Source: Candidatus Bathyarchaeota archaeon
GTDB lineage: Archaea; Thermoproteota; Bathyarchaeia; Bathyarchaeales; Bathycorpusculaceae
NCBI GenBank assembly: GCA_050115965.1
Contig: JASFPN010000004.1
Location: 8,544 to 72,543, forward strand
Length of the DNA stretch: 64,000 nt
Direction: 5' to 3'
This document shows positions 36,645 to 46,211 of the stretch, piece after piece. Position numbers and translations under genes: made by a program. The notes below the pieces were generated by a model that saw only the letters and a program-made list of their open reading frames with translations, made no database searches and was not told the DNA's origin. Each line of letters opens with the position of its first letter. The stretch's first letter is position 1.

Positions 36645-37346
36645 TTAATCGTCAGATTTATTGTCTATGACATATAATTCGGTCACGAAATGGTGTCTTC
36701 TTTTCGAGTGGAAGTTAAACATGTAAGGTATGGTCATCAACATGGCAAATACTGATCTTATTCTCCCTTGCTTTCTCTTTACAAGACTTTCCATGAACGG
36801 TGACGGAGGTATCGATATGAACTTTGAGTTTTTCAAACGTGATTTTAAATAGGATTGCCTTTGAACGCTCTTGTGAAGTGTGTAGATCCTCGTGCCAATT
36901 TCCATTGCTTTTTCTAAGAAATAACGATCAGCTTTGCGCGTTTGCACTCCAAATGGAGGATTTTGTAGAACTGAGTCAAATCGCCCCCTTACATTCTCAA
37001 TGTCTGAGACCAACCATTGTGAACGATCTTCCAGACCATGTCTTTGCGAATTTTCATGAGCAACATCCACAGCCGACCGGCTGATATCCACGCCCACGAC
37101 TTCCTTTGCTCCAATGAAGGCGGCTCCCAAGGCAAGCCTTCCAGTGCCACATCCTAAATCCAATACTGTCTTATCGATTATGTCGTTGAATGTGTACGCT
37201 GCTATGTGAAGAATTGTTGCAGCTATATTTACTGGTATTGTGTATTGTTCAAGGCCTGGATCGGGTGTTGGATGCTCCTTAACCTGCTGTAGAAACATTT
37301 CAAGATCTATCTTTCGAACAAGCCTTTTCTGCATAATTCTTCCCAT
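36645..37346 (-). CDS. METTL5-like N6-adenine RNA methyltransferase
   Basis: LEQYTIPVNIAA, VLDLGCGTGRLALGAA and the catalytic NPPFG motif. It holds the conserved position between dph2 and csl4. Confidence 0.7.
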   Translation of the reverse strand: MGRIMQKRLVRKIDLEMFLQQVKEHPTPDPGLEQYTIPVNIAATILHIAAYTFNDIIDKTVLDLGCGTGRLALGAAFIGAKEVVGVDISRSAVDVAHENSQRHGLEDRSQWLVSDIENVRGRFDSVLQNPPFGVQTRKADRYFLEKAMEIGTRIYTLHKSVQRQSYLKSRLKNSKFISIPPSPFMESLVKRKQGRIRSVFAMLMTIPYMFNFHSKRRHHFVTELYVIDNKSDD

Positions 37347-38308
37347 GATAACTCGTTAATTGCCACAAGCGCTTCATTTGTTGTCAACAAAGGTTTGGAA
37401 AATTGTTCAGAATCGTCTAACGAAAGTCTAGGACAAGCAGTGTTAATGTAAGCTTCAACCGTCGGAAAATTAAGGAAGACGTCGGGAGCAATGTTCCTAA
37501 TTGCGAACAGGTAGATTTTTTTTCCTTTCTTTTCAAATTTCTGCTTTAGTATCATAGCTTCATCAAGTCTTTTCTGTCCTGGTTTTAACCCAATTAGTAT
37601 GGCTATAATCTGCGCATTTCTGGTTTCAGATATGTTTGCCCATCGTTTTCTTAGGGTTTTTCTTGCATCTTTGTCTACTGAGAAAGCCCTTTGTTCATAT
37701 GGATCGGCCACCAATGTTGGCTTTGAGGTTGACAGAGCTACACCTAAGGCATGAAACCTTCCACCACCAATGAAGAGGAATGCTTCAACGTCTGCTGCTA
37801 TTGATTTGGCATTGCTATAATCGCATCCTATCACTTGACCAGGATATCTTGTGTATCCTGCATCACCTACTGCAACAATCTTGTCCTCATCAAGTAGGAT
37901 CTCTTTAACTGTGTCCAGCATCTGTACATGTTGGATCGTTGTTACTAAACCAATTCTCTGCCATTTAGTCATGAGTGGGAAGGTTTTTCTTATGGTTTCT
38001 TCCACTGTGACTGTTCCTCTGGCTTCCACATATATTGTGGGTACACGTTCATATTTTGCGAGTTTTGTATGGCCGTAGTGAATAATCAGGTCCACATTTA
38101 GGCCTTCAGCTTCTGATGTTGCTAGATCACATGCACCATAACAAGGATCAGCAGAGATTATTGGAAGAACTCCAGTCTTTCCAATGGTTTTTGCTATGTA
38201 TGGCCCATGTTGTTTTAAGCCTTCGGGAAGTTGTATTAAAACAGTCTTAGCCTTGTGCTCAGTAATTTCTCGCTTAACCCGTTCTTCTTCAAAATCGAAT
38301 GATAACAT
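37307..38308 (-). CDS. dph2: Diphthamide synthesis radical-SAM enzyme Dph2
   Basis: VLIQLPEGLK, IIHYGHT, INTACPRLSLDD. 333 aa. Confidence 0.85.
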   Translation of the reverse strand: MLSFDFEEERVKREITEHKAKTVLIQLPEGLKQHGPYIAKTIGKTGVLPIISADPCYGACDLATSEAEGLNVDLIIHYGHTKLAKYERVPTIYVEARGTVTVEETIRKTFPLMTKWQRIGLVTTIQHVQMLDTVKEILLDEDKIVAVGDAGYTRYPGQVIGCDYSNAKSIAADVEAFLFIGGGRFHALGVALSTSKPTLVADPYEQRAFSVDKDARKTLRKRWANISETRNAQIIAILIGLKPGQKRLDEAMILKQKFEKKGKKIYLFAIRNIAPDVFLNFPTVEAYINTACPRLSLDDSEQFSKPLLTTNEALVAINELSWEELCRKGLFER

Positions 38309-38368
38309 ATGGCTATTCTCATTTGAGACGTAATAATGATCTTTACGATGAAGGAAGCGAACTTTGAT

Positions 38369-40822
38369 CTAATGTTTTTTGTCCCATTTAGGCGTCCATG
38401 TCCAATCTTCATTGGGATTGCTGGTATGTTCATTGGAGAATTTCCTACGAAGTTGCGCTAATTCTCCAAGTATCATTCTCTGTTCTGCACTTGCTACCAA
38501 TCTTTTTGTTGATACCACTGCATCAGCGTTAACTGAAATGCTATCGATGCCAATTTTCACCAAAAATTCTGTGAAATCTGGTAGGTTTGAAGGAGCTTCC
38601 CCACATATAGAAACTGTAACGCCATGTTCATGAGCCGTTTTGATCAGATGAGCAATTATTCTCTTTATAGCTGGCTCTCTTTCTTCGAAATAACCCATTT
38701 GTTCTAGACGTTCAGAGTCTCTATCGATCATCAGTATTCCTTGAGTCATATCATTCGATCCTATGGAAAAGCCATCACACAATTTTGAAAATTTATCTGC
38801 GAGTATAGCAAGAGAGGGAGTTTCAGCCATAAACCAAACTTGAAAGTCTTTTGATCTTTCCAAGTTTTCTTGACGCATAATTTCAAGACAATGTTCAGCT
38901 TCCCATAAAGTACGAACTACGGGCAGCATTACCCAAACATTGTTTAAACGCCATTCATCACGACATTTTTTGATGGCTTGACATTCAAGCCGGAAGGCTT
39001 TTTCATACCATTCACTTATGTAACGACTGCATCCTCTCCAGCCTAGCATCGGGTTTTCTTCCATAATCTCGTATTTTTCTCCGCCTTTAAGCTCCCTGTA
39101 TTCGTTGGTTTTGAAGTCGCTAAAACGTACGACAACTGGACGAGGTTGTATTGCCCTTGCCACTTTAGCAATTCCATCGGCTAGTTTGTCAACAAATTTC
39201 TGTCCTTGTTTCGTCTCAACGAGGTAAAGAGGATGTTCACCTATGTGGCTGGCTAAGATGAATTCTATTCTCATCAAGCCAATTCCTTCGAATGGTAAAT
39301 TTAAGTAATCATCGATTTTTTCAGGTACTCCCAAGTTCATGAAAATCTTTGTTGCTGTAACTGGGACCCCTTCTATCCCCACATGTTTTATGGATGTGTC
39401 TTCTTTTGCTTTTTTGATCATTGTCTGAGATACACCTTCATAAATGATGCCATTTCTAGAGTCTACTGTGTATTCTTTGCCTGTAATCATGAGTTTTGTT
39501 GCGTTTTCTGTACCAACAACACAAGGAATACCTAGTTCTCGACTTACAATGGCAGCATGGCTTGTCACACCACCTCTGTCGGTTACTATGGCGCTGGCAA
39601 GTTTCATGAACGGCACAAAATCCGGATTTGTCATATTTGTTACAAGAATGTTCCCTTTCTGCATCACTTTTGCAGCTTCATCTGGAGTGATAACAACTTT
39701 CGCTACGCCTGAGCCATAGGTTCTCTTACCAGCTGGAACACCTCTAACAATTATCTTCAAGTCTTCGTTAGAATCCATATCTTCCTCTAAAGCTTTAGTA
39801 GATGTTTGCTCGCTTCTTGCGCTCCACACTGTTTCAGGTCTTGATTGAACTATGAAAATATTATCAGGGAATTTTAAATCTTGGTCAATGGCCCACTCAA
39901 TGTCTTGGGGTTTTCCATAGCTCAATTCTATCTGTTTTCCCAATTCTGCAAGTTTAATTATTTCTTCATCATTCAAACATGGTTGTTCTTGTTTTTCCAA
40001 GGTAACTTCTGTTTGAACTGTACCACCTGTCTTAGTGTCTCTGACGTGTTGCAAGGTTTTCTTTGCTATACGCCGCTCAACTATCTTCATTGAGTGTTTG
40101 TCTACAACGAAGTCATCTGGAGTAACTGCGCCGGATACGACCGCTTCACCAAGGCCGTAGTTGCCCTCGATGACTATTTGCTCTGATGCTCCAGTAACAG
40201 GGTTTATTGTGAACATTACTCCTGCAGTTTTGGCGTTGACCATTTTCTGTATTCCGACACTGATCAAGACCTCTCTGTGATCGAAGCCTTTCTCGTTCCT
40301 ATAGAAGATTGCTCTTGGTGTGAATAGGCTTGACCAACATTTTACAGTTTTTTCAAGAATGCCCTCGATCCCTTCGATATTTAGGTATGTTTCTTGTTGT
40401 CCGGCAAAGGAGGCATCTGGCAGATCTTCAGCTGTTGCACTTGACCTTACAGCAACCAAAACTTTCTTCTCGTTGAGTCGTTCACACAATTTTGCATATG
40501 CTACTTCTATTGCACCCTTGATTGAATCAGGCATAGATGTGGACTCAATCAGTTGACGAATTTTCTTGGATGCTTTATCATACTGTTTTGGATCATTCAA
40601 ATCTGTTATTGTTTCTTCTATTATCCTGTGGATGTTTCCAGATATACCACTCTCGTTAATGAATGTCTTATAGGAGTACGCTGTAATGGCAAAACCGGGG
40701 GGTATGGGCACTCCTTTGTTTATCATTTCACCGAGGTTAGCATTCTTTCCGCCAACTAGGGGTATATCAGTCTTCGCCAATTCTTCAAACCAGATTACTA
40801 AATCTTTTCCCATCTTCTGCAT
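38369..40822 (-). CDS. ppsA: Phosphoenolpyruvate synthase (pyruvate, water dikinase)
   Basis: ATP-grasp VGGKNANLGEM, phospho-His domain TDRGGVTSHAAIVSRELGIPCVVG, PEP-utilising barrel FSIGSNDMTQ. Confidence 0.9.
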   Translation of the reverse strand: MQKMGKDLVIWFEELAKTDIPLVGGKNANLGEMINKGVPIPPGFAITAYSYKTFINESGISGNIHRIIEETITDLNDPKQYDKASKKIRQLIESTSMPDSIKGAIEVAYAKLCERLNEKKVLVAVRSSATAEDLPDASFAGQQETYLNIEGIEGILEKTVKCWSSLFTPRAIFYRNEKGFDHREVLISVGIQKMVNAKTAGVMFTINPVTGASEQIVIEGNYGLGEAVVSGAVTPDDFVVDKHSMKIVERRIAKKTLQHVRDTKTGGTVQTEVTLEKQEQPCLNDEEIIKLAELGKQIELSYGKPQDIEWAIDQDLKFPDNIFIVQSRPETVWSARSEQTSTKALEEDMDSNEDLKIIVRGVPAGKRTYGSGVAKVVITPDEAAKVMQKGNILVTNMTNPDFVPFMKLASAIVTDRGGVTSHAAIVSRELGIPCVVGTENATKLMITGKEYTVDSRNGIIYEGVSQTMIKKAKEDTSIKHVGIEGVPVTATKIFMNLGVPEKIDDYLNLPFEGIGLMRIEFILASHIGEHPLYLVETKQGQKFVDKLADGIAKVARAIQPRPVVVRFSDFKTNEYRELKGGEKYEIMEENPMLGWRGCSRYISEWYEKAFRLECQAIKKCRDEWRLNNVWVMLPVVRTLWEAEHCLEIMRQENLERSKDFQVWFMAETPSLAILADKFSKLCDGFSIGSNDMTQGILMIDRDSERLEQMGYFEEREPAIKRIIAHLIKTAHEHGVTVSICGEAPSNLPDFTEFLVKIGIDSISVNADAVVSTKRLVASAEQRMILGELAQLRRKFSNEHTSNPNEDWTWTPKWDKKH

Positions 40823-40837
40823 GGGTATTAACCTCCG

Positions 40838-41335
40838 TTAGTTTCCGCGCTCCTGGACGACCACTTTACAGGGAATAGGAAGTTTGGCACTTCCTCGTTT
40901 TAGGGCTTTCTTAGCGGTCTCAATGCCTTCTTTGTTCACATTTGCTATCATTATGGTTTGATTTACGTTTACACGTGCTGCCGTTCCTACAGGTCTCCCA
41001 AAAGACCTGCGCATACCATCACTGATACGATCAGCGTGTGCACCAAAAATCATCTTGTTCTCTCTCAGAATCACATGAGGGTAAGGAAGTATTTTAAGGC
41101 AGTAATCTTCGGTAAGGTCCTTTAATAATAAACGATTCACAGCTATACGTGCTGCTTCTAAGGAGTTATGCCGGATTTGGGCTTGTTTCATTGCAATAAG
41201 TTTTGCTTCGTACTGAAAATCTGATCCAGCACTCCCCATTGTGAATTTGGTTATCTTTGGGGGTGGAAATCCCTTCATAAACTTCTTTCTTGTGTAGGGT
41301 TGTCCTTTGACCTTTCGGTAATTACGTGCACGCAC
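40838..41335 (-). CDS. rpl10e: 50S ribosomal protein L10e (uL16)
   Basis: RARNYRKVKGQPYTRKKFMKGFPPPKI...GMRRSFGRPVGTAARV. GTG start. Confidence 0.9.
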   Translation of the reverse strand: MRARNYRKVKGQPYTRKKFMKGFPPPKITKFTMGSAGSDFQYEAKLIAMKQAQIRHNSLEAARIAVNRLLLKDLTEDYCLKILPYPHVILRENKMIFGAHADRISDGMRRSFGRPVGTAARVNVNQTIMIANVNKEGIETAKKALKRGSAKLPIPCKVVVQERGN

Positions 41336-41368
41336 AAATGGTCACTTCCAGTTTACACCTTAGCCGCA

Positions 41369-41377
41369 ATATTTAAA
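41369..41377 (-). promoter_or_regulatory. TATA-like element (TTTAAATAT on minus strand) for rpl10e-ppsA
   Basis: About 38 nt upstream of the GTG start at 41335. Confidence 0.4.
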
Positions 41378-41465
41378 CGATTTGTTGATGGTTCCTTCTG
41401 ATTAAGGTTATGAACAGGAAATTAGGTTTTCCAATAACCATATTTTTCAAAAGGCAAATCCATGT

Positions 41466-41987
41466 TTATGATAGTAAGCGTTTGTTATTGAACCATGATC
41501 GAGCCAGTTCTTCATAATTGGGAAATACCTTTTGCAGAATTGGAACATACATCTGCAACTCTTCATCAGTTAAATATTGAAACTGATATTCTCCAACGTA
41601 GGGGGAGGCTTTCCCTTCTCGCGTTATAAATTCTATGTGCATAAAAGGATCTCCTCTTTTGATTGTAATTGGTATACGATCATTGCTTAAGTTCACAATT
41701 TCCAGCGCCAGTCTTCCAACAAAGCCACTGTGTACCTTTGCTGCGTTTAAGAAAGACAACCCCATTCGTCCATACCTACTTTTAGCTGTCAAATGCGCTA
41801 CGTAGTTGGGAGGAGTGAAAACTATTTCGTAAGAAATTAGGTTTTTATGCTCCAGATAGTGAAAGGTTGTCTCCTCTTTCACAGTCATCACATAGCTATC
41901 TCCGTCAAGGAGGTTGTAATCATAGGGATATATACACTTGTACTCGTCAATAAGTTGTTTCAGTACATCTACGCCCAGAACGCCCAT
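41466..41987 (-). CDS. dCTP deaminase/dUTPase-fold protein (divergent)
   Basis: SGFVGRLALEIVNLSNDRIPITIKRGDPFMHIEF matches the dUTPase-fold GF.G..tLEl.N...pi.l motif, but the usual DPGF is replaced by HSGF. ATG at 41987. Confidence 0.55.
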   Translation of the reverse strand: MGVLGVDVLKQLIDEYKCIYPYDYNLLDGDSYVMTVKEETTFHYLEHKNLISYEIVFTPPNYVAHLTAKSRYGRMGLSFLNAAKVHSGFVGRLALEIVNLSNDRIPITIKRGDPFMHIEFITREGKASPYVGEYQFQYLTDEELQMYVPILQKVFPNYEELARSWFNNKRLLS

Positions 41988-42117
41988 CAACCCATACCTC
42001 CAGTATTTCTAGCATTACTTCAGTCGAATGTTAAATATCTTTTCGACTATTTGCTGACGAATTTTGACGAAGTGAGAACCAGCCTTCAGCATCAATCAAC
42101 TACTTGGGTTTTCACCA

Positions 42118-42741
42118 TTAGTAACTCCGTTTATTTGCTTGTACAACGACTAGTTCCTCAAAAAAGGCAAGTTTTTTCCTAGCAATGATGACAGGAACCA
42201 AGTCGTTCTTCTTTAATCGCTGAAAAGTCTCGTTGACATCTGCCAGTGTGGAATGTACGAGAAGGATACGACCTGTGTTCTTCATGTACGAAGAGGCTTC
42301 CAGAAGAAAACGATCAATAACCTGTCTACCATTGATCCCGCCAATCCAAGCATAGGAAATCCAAGAATCATGAGAAAAAGATTTAGATGGTAGGTAAGGT
42401 GCATTGAAAAGGATCAAGTCAAACCTTCTTTTGTTTCTCAATGGAGAAAAGAGATCACCACACAGGAGATCCACATTATCATTAACTGCATTCCGTTTTA
42501 TGTTGTCTTTTGAACAGCTAAGGGCCAGCGGGTTTATATCTATAGCAATCACTTTTTTGGCTTTCTCTGCAGCAAGTATACTTAGTATACCACAGCCGAC
42601 TCCCATGTCAAGTACTAATTCGTCTTCTTCTACAATCATATTTTCAGCTATAAGGAAGGAGTCTTCAGCCGGCATGTAAACATTTTTGGACACATGAAAG
42701 ACGTGATCATTTATGATTGCTACTCTGGTTCTTGAGCTCAT
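42118..42741 (-). CDS. HemK/Mtq2-like glutamine/N6 methyltransferase
   Basis: VYMPAEDSFLI, VLDMGVGCGILSILAA and the NPPY-type motif FNAPYLP. ATG at 42741. Confidence 0.7.
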   Translation of the reverse strand: MSSRTRVAIINDHVFHVSKNVYMPAEDSFLIAENMIVEEDELVLDMGVGCGILSILAAEKAKKVIAIDINPLALSCSKDNIKRNAVNDNVDLLCGDLFSPLRNKRRFDLILFNAPYLPSKSFSHDSWISYAWIGGINGRQVIDRFLLEASSYMKNTGRILLVHSTLADVNETFQRLKKNDLVPVIIARKKLAFFEELVVVQANKRSY

Positions 42742-43546
42742 TTGCCAATTCCCCAAATTCTTTAGGAGTCAACTCTGCGACTCGTCTCCTACGATATGGA
42801 AGTGAACTCACAACTTCAATAGCATCTCCCCTTACGGTAATTTTTTTTGATTCTATGAAGAACAATGCCGCATTTTTCACCTTTCTATTACGATGTGAAA
42901 AGAACGCTTGTACAAGTTGTTGAAAGAACATTTCGTCCTTTAAATAAAAAGGTGGTTGTTTCCTTGATTCCAGAAACACAATAATTGAATCCACATTGGG
43001 TTGAGGATAGAACATTTTCCTTGGTACATCTGTCAACAGGCGAACTTGGGTATTATAGTATGTCACTACGGAGAGCCACCCATAGTGCTTACTTCCTACA
43101 GGCGCAATAATTCGTTCTGCGAAGTCTTTCTGGAAGATTAAGACGGCACATTCAAATTCTCTTTTAAAAAGCCAGAGAAGAAGGGGGGAAGAGATATGAT
43201 AGGGAGGAACAGATATGACCTTATCGAAGGGGCCTAAATTTGCTGTTAGCACATCGTCTTCGACTATGTCAATGTTGTGACGGTCTCTCAGTTGTCCATG
43301 CAGTAATTTAATCAGTCTTGAATCCGACTCTATAGCAATAAGGTGTTTGCACTTATCAGCGAGAAAAGATGTTAGAAAGCCTAGACCAGCACCGATCTCT
43401 AATACTGTGTCCCTTTGATTTAGTGAAGCATATTCTGCAAGACGTGGGAAAATTAATGGAGCAACTAGAAAGTTTTGGCTAAACTGTTTCTTTGGAGTGA
43501 TTTTATACTTCATTAGTAGGTACTTGGTTTTTTTCAAAAGACTCAT
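42707..43546 (-). CDS. rsmA: 16S rRNA dimethyladenosine transferase KsgA/Dim1
   Basis: FSQNFL, LEIGAGLGFLT, VISVPPYHISSPLL. Confidence 0.9.
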   Translation of the reverse strand: MSLLKKTKYLLMKYKITPKKQFSQNFLVAPLIFPRLAEYASLNQRDTVLEIGAGLGFLTSFLADKCKHLIAIESDSRLIKLLHGQLRDRHNIDIVEDDVLTANLGPFDKVISVPPYHISSPLLLWLFKREFECAVLIFQKDFAERIIAPVGSKHYGWLSVVTYYNTQVRLLTDVPRKMFYPQPNVDSIIVFLESRKQPPFYLKDEMFFQQLVQAFFSHRNRKVKNAALFFIESKKITVRGDAIEVVSSLPYRRRRVAELTPKEFGELANELKNQSSNHK

Positions 43547-43575
43547 GAGTTATTTTCCGTAACATGTCTTTCTCT

Positions 43576-44142
43576 TCAGTTGAATCTGGTGAACAATCGA
43601 TATTTACTATCACCAGACAGTTCGCCAAGAATTCTTTTAGTGATTAATTTGACAGGATCAGGAATCTCTGTTCGATTGTGTAGATCTTGAAAACTTTCGA
43701 AGAGTTTCTTCTCGCGTTCATCAATAACCTGCCACATGTATTTCTTGCCTATTCCAGGTATAAGCTCCAATGCATGCATGCGTGGCGTTACTGCTTGGGC
43801 AGTATTGAAAAAATTCACGAACCATTTTTCGCGATTACGAATTATTGTACTGATCACTGCTGAGAGCTCCATCTTGGCGTTGGCTGTCAGATCCTCAAAA
43901 CTTATCCGACCAATGATATACGTAATTTCTACGCGTGATTCTTTTCCAACGTAAACTCGATCAAATGGTTTTACTATTTTGCCTACTTTCACAAGTGCTT
44001 CTAGAAGAGTAAAGAATGCTTCGCCTATGAGTTGAACCAAGGTTCCTGCTTTGTAACCAGCTCTTCCAGCCAGACGTACTCCTGGTCTGCCGTGTGGTAG
44101 AAAATCTAGAACATAGGCGTGCTCTTCGTATCTCTTCTCCAT
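43576..44142 (-). CDS. DUF655-family protein (OB plus HhH, conserved partner of rpoF/ksgA)
   Basis: EEHAYVLDFLPHGR N-terminus, C-terminal LELIPGIGKK helix-hairpin-helix, and conserved synteny. Confidence 0.7.
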   Translation of the reverse strand: MEKRYEEHAYVLDFLPHGRPGVRLAGRAGYKAGTLVQLIGEAFFTLLEALVKVGKIVKPFDRVYVGKESRVEITYIIGRISFEDLTANAKMELSAVISTIIRNREKWFVNFFNTAQAVTPRMHALELIPGIGKKYMWQVIDEREKKLFESFQDLHNRTEIPDPVKLITKRILGELSGDSKYRLFTRFN

Positions 44143-44195
44143 TGTGATCTTCACTTAAATTGGATTCTTTTCGCTTAAAAAAGGTATTATAGTCT

Positions 44196-44543
44196 CTATT
44201 TTGATATACGGTGTTTATCAAGAAGCTTCATTATTTTTTCCATATCTGAGGTGGCAATCAGCTTACGACCTCCTGTTAAGAAAACTTTCAACTCCTCAAT
44301 GCTCCTTGGCATGCAGTTGACTGTTTGAATGGCTTCTTCTTGTTTGAACCCAAATTGATCAACTAATTTGGTAATTATTACTTCAACATCCTTAGCATCT
44401 ACCTTTGAGAATTTTGATGCGTAATCAAGAGTTCGACGTTGAAATTGATCCAAGTTCTCTTCACCTAAGGAGTCTAGAACCTCCTTTACTTGTGGAATTG
44501 TAAGGTTTTTCTCCTCCATTGCTTTTTTCGGCGTTTCTTTCAA
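44196..44543 (-). CDS. rpoF: DNA-directed RNA polymerase subunit F (Rpo4)
   Basis: 115 aa, helical. LTIPQVKEVL...RRTLDYASKF. ATGA overlap with the rpl21e stop. Confidence 0.8.
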   Translation of the reverse strand: MKETPKKAMEEKNLTIPQVKEVLDSLGEENLDQFQRRTLDYASKFSKVDAKDVEVIITKLVDQFGFKQEEAIQTVNCMPRSIEELKVFLTGGRKLIATSDMEKIMKLLDKHRISK

Positions 44544-44833
44544 CTCCTGTAAGGTTCGATGTGTTCAGGTCTGACAATAACCTCTTTCAAGGATTTGCCT
44601 TGTTTTACATTTACTATATAGCTTCTTCCTCTTCGCTCCATTATAGTACCAATTTTTCCATGGTAACGTCTATGAGGTGAGCCTTTATGGACACTGGGGT
44701 CAATTTTAATAACTACACGATCTCCGGTTTCATACTCACGAAGTAACTTGCTCAATTTCTCCTTTCCCCTTTCTCTAGGCTTCTTCTTTAGGAGATGTCG
44801 CGTTCTTGCTCGAGGCCCCTTTGATTTAGTCAT
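44540..44833 (-). CDS. rpl21e: 50S ribosomal protein L21e
   Basis: GDRVVIKIDPSVHKGSPHRRYHGKIGTI. 97 aa. Confidence 0.9.
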   Translation of the reverse strand: MTKSKGPRARTRHLLKKKPRERGKEKLSKLLREYETGDRVVIKIDPSVHKGSPHRRYHGKIGTIMERRGRSYIVNVKQGKSLKEVIVRPEHIEPYRS

Positions 44834-44840
44834 TTTAGAT

Positions 44841-46178
44841 TCAATCTTCCATAATTATATTGATGACATCGAGGTTTATTGGTACAGCTTCATTTTTGAG
44901 AATTGCTGAAACGTTGGGTTGGGTTCGTCCATCATCGCCTGTAATCAACTCCTTAACATATAACCCTCCCTGACAACGTATCCTCATTTCTGCTTCTTTA
45001 GGTGAAAGTTTCTTTACCTTAACCTGGTATATGTACTTTTCTCGCGTTAGATCGCTCCGTCTGTGTGAGACACGTTTAGGAGTTCTCTGCTTAATCATGG
45101 TATTTGTAAGTCTTTCTTCAAGTTTACATAAATCGTCTGGAGTCAACGCGTTTTCAAATTTTATATTGACAAGATATTCTTTTTGAGATGATTCACCAAT
45201 CTTCAGTTTTCTAATAGCTTCTCTGTTCACGATTCTGAGATTAGAGACTTTGACTTTATCCTTGCCGTAGGCATTTATGATTTTTTCAAGTTCATCAAGG
45301 TTAAGGAACCGTTTCTTCGGCTTCGTGATTTCCAAGATAAAAGGTCTACCGTCACCAAGCATCCTAGCATCGATATCTTCTCTTCCTGAGGCATGGAAAG
45401 AAGATTTAACACCAAGTGTAGCATCTAATACTGGTTGTCCAATTATCTCTTCTACCGATTCTGAATACATTTTTCCTGTCCAGCTGCATTTTTCGCATCC
45501 TTTTCCTTTACATTCAGAACAAAACCATTTTGATTGAGGAATTCCTCTGACAAATTTTCTATAAGACCCTCTTAAATATAGAGGGTTGATCTGGAGACTT
45601 ACTGTTCTGGTTAACGGATTGATCAATACAACTACCTGAGGAGTTCTATGTTCCACCGATTTTCCAGTGAGTTTTGCGAGTCTCTTACCTATCAACCGAG
45701 TAAACTCGTTTCTCATGTTTTCGCTATGACACACATTAAACCTAGCTTTGAATTCATCTTCTCGTTCCCCGACAGAGACAGGAAGCGTAATCCCGACAAG
45801 AAAAGATTTATAATCATAACAACTCAACTGCAGCCAAGCTTGCTCTGCAAGATAATTAATGTGTCTAAAACTATCATCGCAAAGGAAGCATTTTGAGGGT
45901 TTTTCTGAATATGAAAACGGAATGTTCAAATCATGTATTATCCTTCGTGCAGCTTCAGAGAAGCCATTCCTTACAAGAATTTTCAAAACACCTTTACTCC
46001 ATTGGGAATGCTTTGAAGTAAATCTAGAATGAGCTTCTAATGTCAAGGCGGCTTTAATTGCTGCTCCTCTCTCAAAGTTCTCCATGTGATTGCCCAACAT
46101 CGCAAACTGTCTTCCTAGGCAATTATCGCATAATGGGCGATGTTTAAGCATCCTCAAAGCCGTTTTTAGAATATGCAC
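44841..46178 (-). CDS. pus10: tRNA pseudouridine synthase Pus10
   Basis: N-terminal Zn module LCDNCLGRQFA...CFLCD, THUMP-like middle region, and a catalytic domain with GREDIDARMLGDGRPF. GTG 46178 or ATG 46151. Confidence 0.85.
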   Translation of the reverse strand: MHILKTALRMLKHRPLCDNCLGRQFAMLGNHMENFERGAAIKAALTLEAHSRFTSKHSQWSKGVLKILVRNGFSEAARRIIHDLNIPFSYSEKPSKCFLCDDSFRHINYLAEQAWLQLSCYDYKSFLVGITLPVSVGEREDEFKARFNVCHSENMRNEFTRLIGKRLAKLTGKSVEHRTPQVVVLINPLTRTVSLQINPLYLRGSYRKFVRGIPQSKWFCSECKGKGCEKCSWTGKMYSESVEEIIGQPVLDATLGVKSSFHASGREDIDARMLGDGRPFILEITKPKKRFLNLDELEKIINAYGKDKVKVSNLRIVNREAIRKLKIGESSQKEYLVNIKFENALTPDDLCKLEERLTNTMIKQRTPKRVSHRRSDLTREKYIYQVKVKKLSPKEAEMRIRCQGGLYVKELITGDDGRTQPNVSAILKNEAVPINLDVINIIMED

Positions 46179-46211
46179 TCTTACATCCCGTTACGTCTTT
46201 AAAAATGAAGG